Positions 29,654-38,033 of a stretch of 64,000 nt of DNA are shown here, piece after piece. Numbering within the stretch: position 1 is the first letter of the stretch; every line of letters begins with the position of its first letter. Made by a program: the position numbers and the translations under genes. The stretch lies in the IMG/VR virus record IMGVR_UViG_3300043464_001162, positions 23,045-87,044 of that record; one strand, written 5' to 3'. Source of the DNA: a virus. Taxonomy: Duplodnaviria; Caudoviricetes. The notes beneath the pieces were generated by a model, which saw nothing but the letters and a program-made list of their open reading frames with translations, had not been told where the DNA came from and searched no databases.

Positions 29654-31045
29654 ATGGAAAATATGCAGGGTTCTAAATTTAAGTTTATTTATACGGATTG
29701 GTTTATCCATCATGGAGAAAGAAAACCATTTGGCAATGCTATTCATCCAGTTATTAGAGAATTTATTCAGCATATTCATAAGAATAATCTTAATATAGAT
29801 TATTATAAAATATTACAATATAGTGAAAACGAAAAGGGCATAAAATTTGACCATTCGGAGTTAATAAATTATATTGATAGAAATTTTCCAAAAAATATAA
29901 TATCATTAAATCAAATACAAGAAGATGATTTTACATACATCTATCCTATTGAAGTAAAAGACACATTGGGTGCAATTAATAATCATAATGGATTTGAATT
30001 AAATGGTGAAAAATATAAATGGTATTTAAGAGATATAATACCAACTGAAATATTAGATGGTTGTAGAAGTGGTAAAATAAAAATTTTAATAAGCATAATT
30101 CACGACCCATTATACGATGATTATAATATAAAACAATTCGAAACACAAATGAATCAATTGGGAATAGATGGTTCTAATATTATAATTTTAGGTGGAAGTA
30201 ATTTTCAAGAATATTATGAAAAACATCCGGAAAGTAAAATAAAAATATATAATGGCCATCTTTTTATAAAAGGATATGCGGATATGATGTTATCATTTCC
30301 AACCATTGGTAATTTGGGATATATTTGTGAATTAGTGGATGCATCCGATTTGGATGAAAATGAAATCAGACCATATAAATTTTTGTGTAATAACAAAACA
30401 ATGACAAAGGAACACAGAGTATCCATGGCCTATTTTGCAATAAAATATGATTTATTGAATGAGGGCAAATTTTCCTTTATACAAAAAACAAACAAAGATG
30501 ATTTAATATCACATATATCAAAAATAATTCAAAATCCAAAAGAAGAATATATACAAAAAATAGTTGATATATTACCATATGAATTAGATACACATCACCT
30601 TTCACCAAATGAAAAAACTAATTTTGGTGCAACCAATAATATGAAAGATTGGTATACTGATACTTACATAAATTTAGTTACTGAAACTTTCTTTGGTAGA
30701 AATGTATTTTTATCTGAAAAAATATTTAAACCACTTTCAAACTTGCAACCATTTATTGTTTTGGGAGATTATAGAACTATTCATGAATTAAAAAGATTAG
30801 GATTTAAATCATTTGAACCATTTATAGATGAAAGCTACGATTTAGAAATAGACCCAAAAGAAAGAATAAAAAAGATTGAAATTGAAATTGAAAAATTAAA
30901 AAACAAATCAATTGAAGAAATACACAATTGGTATTATTCTATAAAAGATATATTATTATACAATCAAAAACATATGTATTCATTTAAAAACTATGAATGT
31001 TTTGAAGAGATATTTGAAAAAATAAAATTAGATTACGAAAAATAA
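29654..31045 (+). CDS. Putative glycosyltransferase (remote GT10-like)
   Basis: FLCNN..HR, LVTET..FLSEKIFKP..QPFI..GFKSF..IDESYD. Confidence 0.45.
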   Translation: MENMQGSKFKFIYTDWFIHHGERKPFGNAIHPVIREFIQHIHKNNLNIDYYKILQYSENEKGIKFDHSELINYIDRNFPKNIISLNQIQEDDFTYIYPIEVKDTLGAINNHNGFELNGEKYKWYLRDIIPTEILDGCRSGKIKILISIIHDPLYDDYNIKQFETQMNQLGIDGSNIIILGGSNFQEYYEKHPESKIKIYNGHLFIKGYADMMLSFPTIGNLGYICELVDASDLDENEIRPYKFLCNNKTMTKEHRVSMAYFAIKYDLLNEGKFSFIQKTNKDDLISHISKIIQNPKEEYIQKIVDILPYELDTHHLSPNEKTNFGATNNMKDWYTDTYINLVTETFFGRNVFLSEKIFKPLSNLQPFIVLGDYRTIHELKRLGFKSFEPFIDESYDLEIDPKERIKKIEIEIEKLKNKSIEEIHNWYYSIKDILLYNQKHMYSFKNYECFEEIFEKIKLDYEK

Positions 31046-31049
31046 AACT

Positions 31050-32048
31050 ATGGAACTCACAGGAAAAAAAATTATTGTAACCGGAGCAAACGGACTAGTT
31101 GGTCTACCGGCAGTTAAAAAATGTTTAGAAGAAGGTGCTGCAAAAGTATATGCGGTAGACTTAAGATTTAGTGAAAATTTAAACTTTCTAAAAGGTCAAT
31201 ACCAAGATAGATTAGAATTAGTTAAGACGGATTTAACATATCTTTCTCATTGTGAAAATTTATTTACAATGGATAAGATTGATATCGTATTACACATAGC
31301 CGGAGTAAAAGGCTCACCCGCTAGGTCATCAACACAACCTGCAGATTATTTATTCCCAATGTTAATGTTTAATACAAATATGATTAAAGCATCTTTTGAT
31401 GCTAAAGTTGATTGGTTTGTTTATCTTTCATCGGTTGGAGTTTATAAGCCGGCAGAAGTAATGAACGAAGAAGATACTTGGTCACAAGAAGAAACTTGGG
31501 CATCAACTCCATCTCGTTTAGATTGGCATCCGGGTTGGACAAAAAGAATGGGAGAACTTACTTTGGATTCTTTAAGAGTTCAGTATGGTTGGAAAAACTA
31601 TACCGTTATTAGACCTTCAAACATTTATGGTATCAATGATAACTTTGCACAAGACGCAACAGTAATCAGTTCTAATATTTGGAAATTATTCAATGTAGAA
31701 GGTGATGATATGGTGTGTTGGGGCAATGGTTCATCTCGTAGAGATTTTGTATTTGGTGATGATGTTGCACAAGCTTCAATAGATGTAGTTAAAAAAGAAG
31801 TTAGTGATATTATTAATTTTGGATGTGCAGAGGCAGTGACAATTAAAGAGACAATTGAAACTATTGTTGAATGTTATACCGAAATTACTGGTAAAACTAA
31901 AAATATTGTTTGGGATGAGAGTAAAACAAATGGTGACCCAATTAGATGTTTGGGTGCAAAAAAACAAAAAGAATATGGTATTCTTCCAAAAACTACATTA
32001 AAGGAGGGTATTAAACAATCTATTAAAGAATATAAAAGTAGATTATAA
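31050..32048 (+). CDS. NDP-sugar epimerase/reductase (GDP-fucose-synthase-like extended SDR)
   Basis: VTGANGLVG, SSVGVY, RPSNIYG.ND, WGNGSSRRDF. Confidence 0.85.
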   Translation: MELTGKKIIVTGANGLVGLPAVKKCLEEGAAKVYAVDLRFSENLNFLKGQYQDRLELVKTDLTYLSHCENLFTMDKIDIVLHIAGVKGSPARSSTQPADYLFPMLMFNTNMIKASFDAKVDWFVYLSSVGVYKPAEVMNEEDTWSQEETWASTPSRLDWHPGWTKRMGELTLDSLRVQYGWKNYTVIRPSNIYGINDNFAQDATVISSNIWKLFNVEGDDMVCWGNGSSRRDFVFGDDVAQASIDVVKKEVSDIINFGCAEAVTIKETIETIVECYTEITGKTKNIVWDESKTNGDPIRCLGAKKQKEYGILPKTTLKEGIKQSIKEYKSRL

Positions 32049-32767
32049 TGAAATTATTTACAATAGGATGTTCATTTACAGAAGGACAAGAATTGGAAAA
32101 CATGAGAACGGAATGTTATGCACACCAGCTAGCAGAAAAATTAAATTTAGAATATTTTAATTTTGGAGCATGTGGTGCATCAAATGATTATATTTTTAGG
32201 AAAGTTTTTGAATTAATTAATTCAAATACATTACAAAGTGATGACATTATTATAATTCAATGGACTCATTACAATAGAAAAGAATTACCTGTAATGTTTA
32301 ATGATAAAGAATGGTATCATTATCTTCCAAATTCATTTCACGCCTATCAAGATAAAACCATACTTAGACAAGGCAAAAATTTAAATGTTCAAAATCAATA
32401 TATGAACCATGATTTGCATAACGATAGAATAGAACTTGAATCCAAAAATAAAAAAGCATTGGATGAATATATTGTTTCTTTTTTACAAGAAGAATACCAA
32501 AAAAATACTACTATAAATTATATAAATGCACTATACACTTACTTAGAACACTTTGGTTATAATCATTTACATTTTTTTGGTTGGGATAGATGTATAATTA
32601 ATTCCGTTTATGATAATGGCCACTGCTTTTTAAATAAATCATTCGGTGGTTATACGGATACATTGTTAAATAATCATCCAGATAAAGAATCTCACAATAG
32701 ATGGGCCCACCTATTATTTGAAAAACTAAATGAAATATACAAAAATAATTTAAAAAATTTAATTTAA
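32048..32767 (+). CDS. SGNH-hydrolase-like protein (GCSF variant)
   Basis: IGCSFTEG, GASND, IIQWT..R, HPD..H. Confidence 0.6.
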   Translation: MKLFTIGCSFTEGQELENMRTECYAHQLAEKLNLEYFNFGACGASNDYIFRKVFELINSNTLQSDDIIIIQWTHYNRKELPVMFNDKEWYHYLPNSFHAYQDKTILRQGKNLNVQNQYMNHDLHNDRIELESKNKKALDEYIVSFLQEEYQKNTTINYINALYTYLEHFGYNHLHFFGWDRCIINSVYDNGHCFLNKSFGGYTDTLLNNHPDKESHNRWAHLLFEKLNEIYKNNLKNLI

Positions 32768-32768
32768 A

Positions 32769-33806
32769 ATGAAACATATAGTAGTATCGGGTTGTTCTTT
32801 TACAAACAATTTTAGAATCAACATAGGTGATGAAAGAAGATGGGAGAGAGACCCGATTGAAGATTGGACGTGGGCAAATTGGTTGCAAGATTATTTAAAA
32901 GAAACACATATTTTACACAATTATGGAACGGTGACACATGATAATAAAAGTATTGTTCGTTCTATAATTTATAAAGTTTCAAACTTATTAAAAGAAGGTA
33001 TATCACCTGAAGATATTATGGTAGTTGCACAATTTACCACATTGATAAGAAATTCATTTTTTATAACTCCAGAAAAATATCATCCTGTAAATCCTGAAAT
33101 TAGATATAGAAAAAATGACGAAAGTTGGGCACATACAACGGATTATCTAATCAATGGTAAAGATAAAAACTCACCCTACGAACATGGATACTTTCACCTA
33201 ACGGGAGGATACAATAAAACAAATAATCCAATAAATGTAGACCCAGTAGTTTTTGAATGGTTGGATGGTGTTATGACTTATACTGAAAGATATTTTGAGT
33301 GGTTTGAATATATTAATATGTTATTAAATTTTCTTCATGTAAATGGAATTACGAAAATTAAATTCTTTAATATGAATAATAACTTCAGCAAAAAATATTT
33401 AAATGAAGGTAGAACCCCACCATATTATCATACACCCAAAGAAAAGTCTGTTTACGAATGTATTATAGAGAATAGAGATATTTGTGATACATGGGAACAA
33501 AAAGAACTGGAATTTGAAAACTCATATGTAAAATCGTATGCAGATAAAATAGACTTTAAAAAATATTTTTGGTTTTTTGAAGAAAATTCCTTACATTTAT
33601 ATGGTGGCATGATTGAATGGAGTATTAGAAATTTTGATTATAATATGGAAGGTAATTTACCAAAAGTATTATGGAGAGAAATGAATGGTATGGATTTAGA
33701 TGAACAAAAAAAATATTTAGAAAGAAGTTGGTATGGTCACACATCATCTATACTAACGAAAAAATTTGTAGAAGATGTGGTATTAAATTGGGATATTTTA
33801 AAATAA
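32769..33806 (+). CDS. SGNH-hydrolase-like protein (GCSF variant)
   Basis: VSGCSFT, TWANWL, AQFT..R, GGMIEW, C-terminal GH. Confidence 0.5.
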   Translation: MKHIVVSGCSFTNNFRINIGDERRWERDPIEDWTWANWLQDYLKETHILHNYGTVTHDNKSIVRSIIYKVSNLLKEGISPEDIMVVAQFTTLIRNSFFITPEKYHPVNPEIRYRKNDESWAHTTDYLINGKDKNSPYEHGYFHLTGGYNKTNNPINVDPVVFEWLDGVMTYTERYFEWFEYINMLLNFLHVNGITKIKFFNMNNNFSKKYLNEGRTPPYYHTPKEKSVYECIIENRDICDTWEQKELEFENSYVKSYADKIDFKKYFWFFEENSLHLYGGMIEWSIRNFDYNMEGNLPKVLWREMNGMDLDEQKKYLERSWYGHTSSILTKKFVEDVVLNWDILK

Positions 33807-33811
33807 ATTAT

Positions 33812-34804
33812 ATGAAAAAAACAGACAAGGTTTTAGTTACAGGAGCAAGTGGATTTATAGGTTCACACTTATTAAGGTTATTATATGAAAAAGGTTATAG
33901 AAACCTTCGTTCAACATCATTCAGTAGAGATTTGAGAAACGATTTCGAAGGAACATCGGAAGTAGAACATATTAAAGGAGATTTACAAAATGCAGAGTTT
34001 TGTGAATTGATTAGTAAAGATGTTGATGTAGTATTCCATTGTGCAGCAAACACTTCAAACGCATTAGATACCAAATTCAATCCATTATTACACGTTACTC
34101 CGAATGTGGAGATGAATGTAAACTTAATGGAACAAAGTTGGAAAAACAAAGTTAGAAAGTTTTTATTCATATCATCTAACACAACTTACCCTGATATGGG
34201 AACTGAGTTTTGTACCGAAGATATCAACGTACACGCTACACCAATGTTGCCTGTTTACAAAGCAGTTGGTGGTATGAAAAGATATGGTGAAATGTTATGT
34301 GATTTCTTTTCTAATCAGATTCACGAACCAATGCAATGTTTGATTGTTAGACCCTCAAACGCATTCGGCCCTAATGATAAATTTGATTTTGAAAAATGCC
34401 ACGTTACTCCTGCAAATATCCGTAAGGTAGCAGATGGTTTAAATCCAATTCCAGTTTGGGGTGATGGTACGGAAGTAAGAGATTTGTTGCATGTTGAAGA
34501 TATGGCAGATGGTTTCATCTTTGTAGCAGAAAATAACGATACATATGATATTTTCAATGTATGTTATGGTGAAGGGTTTACAGTAAATGAAACACTTGCA
34601 ACTATTAAAGAATTGGATAACAATACAAATCCAATTGAATATGTAAATAATAAAGCACCAATGATTCCTATTAGATTGTTATCTTCTAAAAAGATTAATG
34701 ATTTAGGATGGAAACCAAAGAGAAACTTAAAAGAAGCTTTAAAAGAAACTATTGAGTGGTATAAAGCAAATAAGCATTTATATAACCCAAATTCAAAGCC
34801 ATAG
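33812..34804 (+). CDS. NDP-sugar epimerase/reductase (GDP-fucose-synthase-like extended SDR)
   Basis: VTGASGFIGSH, RPSNAFGPND, VWGDGTEVRD; start at 33812 preferred over 33728. Confidence 0.85.
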   Translation: MKKTDKVLVTGASGFIGSHLLRLLYEKGYRNLRSTSFSRDLRNDFEGTSEVEHIKGDLQNAEFCELISKDVDVVFHCAANTSNALDTKFNPLLHVTPNVEMNVNLMEQSWKNKVRKFLFISSNTTYPDMGTEFCTEDINVHATPMLPVYKAVGGMKRYGEMLCDFFSNQIHEPMQCLIVRPSNAFGPNDKFDFEKCHVTPANIRKVADGLNPIPVWGDGTEVRDLLHVEDMADGFIFVAENNDTYDIFNVCYGEGFTVNETLATIKELDNNTNPIEYVNNKAPMIPIRLLSSKKINDLGWKPKRNLKEALKETIEWYKANKHLYNPNSKP

Positions 34805-35922
34805 TGGAGGATAACAAAGATATATTAAAAAAATATGTTTGTGAAATGCCATTTATGTATAGTGATGTACAATGGTTATCACAATTTGTATGTTGCCCTT
34901 CTTGGGCCCCACAAACAATTAGAGTCCACGAAGATGGTAGAGAGAAATGGTCACCCATAGATGAGAGTGATGATGTTATGAGAAATTGGACATCACCACA
35001 AGCACAAGATATTCGTAAATCGGTATTGGATGGTAGTTACAAATATTGCAATCATACAGTATGTCCAAGACTAAATGAATTAATCAACACAGGTAGAAAA
35101 CCATATCTTTTTAAAGAAATAGATGAATTTAGAGAAGTTTATAATATACATACGGAAGAAGATATTATAAATTATAAAACACCTCCTGAAGAAATACTTT
35201 TTGGATTTGACAGAAGTTGTAATTTAAAATGTCCATCTTGTAGAGTTAATTTAATACCAAATGATGATTTAGAATCACTAGAACATAAAGCAAAACTACA
35301 TTTATTAAAATCAATCGAAGATAATTTTGCAAGTGGGCTAAAACGAATAATGGTTACTGGAAGTGGTGACCCATTTTATTCAAAAATATACAGAGATTAC
35401 TTAATTAATTTTGATATAAAAAAATATCCTAAATTAGAACAACTGCAAATAATTACAAATGGTAATTTGTTAGATGAAAAATTGTGGAATCAAATGAAAG
35501 CAACTCCTTACATTAAAACAATAGAAATTAGTATAGATGCAGCTACTAAAGATACTTATGAAAATAAAACAAGACTAAATGGTAATTGGGATAGATTGAT
35601 AAATAACTTAAAATTTTTATCAACTCAAGGACATATAATAGAAGAATTTGTTTGTTCAATGGTTGTTAGTAAACAAAATTACAAAGAGATGTATGATTTT
35701 TACGAATTAATATCTAATATATTTAAAAATTCTAATTTTAAATGGGGAATATCTATAAATTATAGACAGATAGTAGATTGGGGAACATATTCTGCAGAAG
35801 ATTTAAAAGAATTGCAAATATTTAATGAAGACCACACTTTATTTAATGAATTTTTACAAGAACTAAATAAAATACATAATAGAAAATATGTAAATCATAA
35901 TTTTCACCACTTAATAAATTAA
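34804..35922 (+). CDS. Radical SAM protein with SPASM/twitch-like N-terminus (GTG start)
   Basis: C..PF, CCPSW, C...CP; CNLKCPSC; GSGDPF; TNG. Confidence 0.85.
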   Translation: MEDNKDILKKYVCEMPFMYSDVQWLSQFVCCPSWAPQTIRVHEDGREKWSPIDESDDVMRNWTSPQAQDIRKSVLDGSYKYCNHTVCPRLNELINTGRKPYLFKEIDEFREVYNIHTEEDIINYKTPPEEILFGFDRSCNLKCPSCRVNLIPNDDLESLEHKAKLHLLKSIEDNFASGLKRIMVTGSGDPFYSKIYRDYLINFDIKKYPKLEQLQIITNGNLLDEKLWNQMKATPYIKTIEISIDAATKDTYENKTRLNGNWDRLINNLKFLSTQGHIIEEFVCSMVVSKQNYKEMYDFYELISNIFKNSNFKWGISINYRQIVDWGTYSAEDLKELQIFNEDHTLFNEFLQELNKIHNRKYVNHNFHHLIN

Positions 35923-35923
35923 T

Positions 35924-36466
35924 ATGAGTACACCACAATTTTCACCATATAAGGATGAATTAACAAAAGCAATGACATTCCTTGCAGAAAAGGAAGATAC
36001 AATTTTTATAGGTCAACAAATAGTTTACGCGGGAAATCCAATGAGCACAACCTTAACGGAAGTACCAAAGGAAAAAATGATTGAAGTTCCTGTTATGGAA
36101 GAAACACAAATGGGTATGAGTTTAGGACTTGCAATGACCGGTAAATCGGTTATTACATTTTATCCTCGTTGGGACTTTTTAGTATCAGCTGCAAACCAAT
36201 TAATAAACCATGCTGACAAATTTGAACATATGACTGATAAAAAAGTTAATATTATCATTAGAGTTGGAGTAGGAAGTAAAGACCCATTAGACCCAGGTAT
36301 CCAACATAGAAACGATTATACACAAGAATTTAAATCTATATTGCAATTCACAAAAGTACATGAATTAAAATCTTATGAAGATATTTATAACATATACACA
36401 AATGCTTATAACGAAGGTGGTGTTCATATTATTGTTGAATGGCCTGAATTATATTATAAAAATTAA
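35924..36466 (+). CDS. TPP-dependent enzyme, E1-beta-like (pyrimidine-binding domain only)
   Basis: FIGQ, EVPVMEETQMGMSLGLA, DF..AANQL.N, GIQH. Confidence 0.85.
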   Translation: MSTPQFSPYKDELTKAMTFLAEKEDTIFIGQQIVYAGNPMSTTLTEVPKEKMIEVPVMEETQMGMSLGLAMTGKSVITFYPRWDFLVSAANQLINHADKFEHMTDKKVNIIIRVGVGSKDPLDPGIQHRNDYTQEFKSILQFTKVHELKSYEDIYNIYTNAYNEGGVHIIVEWPELYYKN

Positions 36467-36469
36467 ATT

Positions 36470-36598
36470 ATGATAAAAAAATTACCTATTATTTCTTTTT
36501 TTGTAAAATGGTATGAAAATTACAAAATGAAAAAGAAATTAAAGAAAAAACTAGAAGAACTTAAAAAAAGAGACCCATTTATTTATAAAAGTTTTTAA
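36470..36598 (+). CDS. Small basic protein (42 aa), not in ORF track
   Basis: MIKKLPIISFFVKWYENYKMKKKLKKKLEELKKRDPFIYKSF exactly fills the gap; its TAA abuts the next ATG. Confidence 0.7.
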   Translation: MIKKLPIISFFVKWYENYKMKKKLKKKLEELKKRDPFIYKSF

Positions 36599-38020
36599 AT
36601 GAATAGAATAGTACTTGGGTATGATGTTATGACATATAATGGTGAACAACCAAATTGTCAAAACCCAAAATTTTTGAGCACAATCCATACCGCATCTGAT
36701 TTTTATTTTTCTGACTCTTTAGAGTTTTTCTCAAAAAGATGGAATAATGAATGGGCCCTATATAATAGTAATCTATATAATAATTTTGCCGAAAAAAAAT
36801 CAATATATGAGATAAAGCAAGATGCGAAAAAAAATCTAAATTATAGTTGGTTTTATATCGTAGAACCCTTTTCAAATTTGGAAAATTTCTTTGGCAATGG
36901 TTCTTTCTATAAAGATTTTTCTTTAAATGGTATTTCAAAAGTTGCATTAGACGAAATAATAAATGGAAATGGTAATTTACTTATAAACTATATAATAGAT
37001 GGAGGAACTGCATTTAGAGTAGAAAATTTCCAAAAAATTATAAATTATACAAAAGAAAACAATATACCAGATAATAAAGTATATTTTGTTTTTGCAGATT
37101 TTAAGTTAAAAGAAAATTTAGAAAAATTAGGAGCAAATTATAATGTAATTGATTATAGTTACAATATGATTGCAAAGTCTCAAGAATTTAATAATACAAT
37201 CAATATACCAAATTATTCATATTGGGGAAAGGGTTCTTATGAACCACAATTTGGTACGATAGAGAATTCATATTCATCAGTTGCAACTTCCGAAGAATTT
37301 TTGGAAAGTATTGGAAAGGATAAAAAAGATTTCCTATTATTAAATAGACATTGGAAATTACATAGATTATTTTTATTAAGCCAATTACATAAATTGGGAC
37401 TTGAAAAAAGCTTAGTTTCTTGGGATAACAAATTTGCATATCAATTGCAAAGAGAAGCTTTTTTACAATATGATAATAACGAAGAATTTTTAAAATTAAT
37501 CACAGAAACTTCATCATTGTTGGATATTCATGATTTAACAAAAATAGCAGGATTTGGATTTGAAAATAAAGACATATATTTAAACACATATTTAAGTATA
37601 GTAACGGAATCTGTCTTTTTGCAAGAAGATATTAATTTCCCAAGTGGATATCTTTCTGAAAAAATATGGAAACCAATTGGCCATTGCCAACCATTCATTT
37701 TAGCAGGGCCATCAAAATCATTACAACATATTAAAGAGAGATTTGGTTATAAAACATTTCATCCATACATTGATGAAAGTTATGATTTAGTTGAAGATGA
37801 TATGGAAAGACTTTATTTAATTCAAATAGAAATAGATAAATTTTCAAATAAATCAAAAGAAGAAAAAGACCAATTTTTAAATGATGTAAAAGACATTTGT
37901 GTTTATAATCAAAATTTATTTTTACAATATGGTCGTAATAGTTGGAAGTCATCATCAGAAAATACTGAAATGGAAAAAATCATAAATTTTTTAATGGATG
38001 GTAAAAAGAGTTTAATTTAG
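36599..38020 (+). CDS. Putative glycosyltransferase (remote GT10-like)
   Basis: FLLLNR...HR, IVTES..YLSEKIWKP..QPFI..GYKTF..IDESYD. Confidence 0.45.
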   Translation: MNRIVLGYDVMTYNGEQPNCQNPKFLSTIHTASDFYFSDSLEFFSKRWNNEWALYNSNLYNNFAEKKSIYEIKQDAKKNLNYSWFYIVEPFSNLENFFGNGSFYKDFSLNGISKVALDEIINGNGNLLINYIIDGGTAFRVENFQKIINYTKENNIPDNKVYFVFADFKLKENLEKLGANYNVIDYSYNMIAKSQEFNNTINIPNYSYWGKGSYEPQFGTIENSYSSVATSEEFLESIGKDKKDFLLLNRHWKLHRLFLLSQLHKLGLEKSLVSWDNKFAYQLQREAFLQYDNNEEFLKLITETSSLLDIHDLTKIAGFGFENKDIYLNTYLSIVTESVFLQEDINFPSGYLSEKIWKPIGHCQPFILAGPSKSLQHIKERFGYKTFHPYIDESYDLVEDDMERLYLIQIEIDKFSNKSKEEKDQFLNDVKDICVYNQNLFLQYGRNSWKSSSENTEMEKIINFLMDGKKSLI

Positions 38021-38021
38021 G

Positions 38022-38030
38022 ATATTTATA
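38022..38030 (+). promoter_or_regulatory. Putative late promoter motif ATATTTATA
   Basis: Marks the right boundary of the enzyme island. Confidence 0.55.
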
Positions 38031-38033
38031 GGT

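Noticed and set aside
25769-33811. ORF-track starts at 25769 and 33728
   Set aside because: Both overlap the upstream gene extensively; ATGs at 25835 and 33812 follow the previous stop and match where the domains begin
26377-36466. Pyruvate dehydrogenase as an auxiliary metabolic gene
   Set aside because: Both subunits are truncated, no E2/E3 is present and the context is nucleotide-sugar synthesis
13095-38020. Captured host LPS/capsule locus or bacterial contamination
   Set aside because: No Wzx/Wzy/ABC export or initiating transferase; seamless gene packing with phage genes and a virion-type gene inside the block
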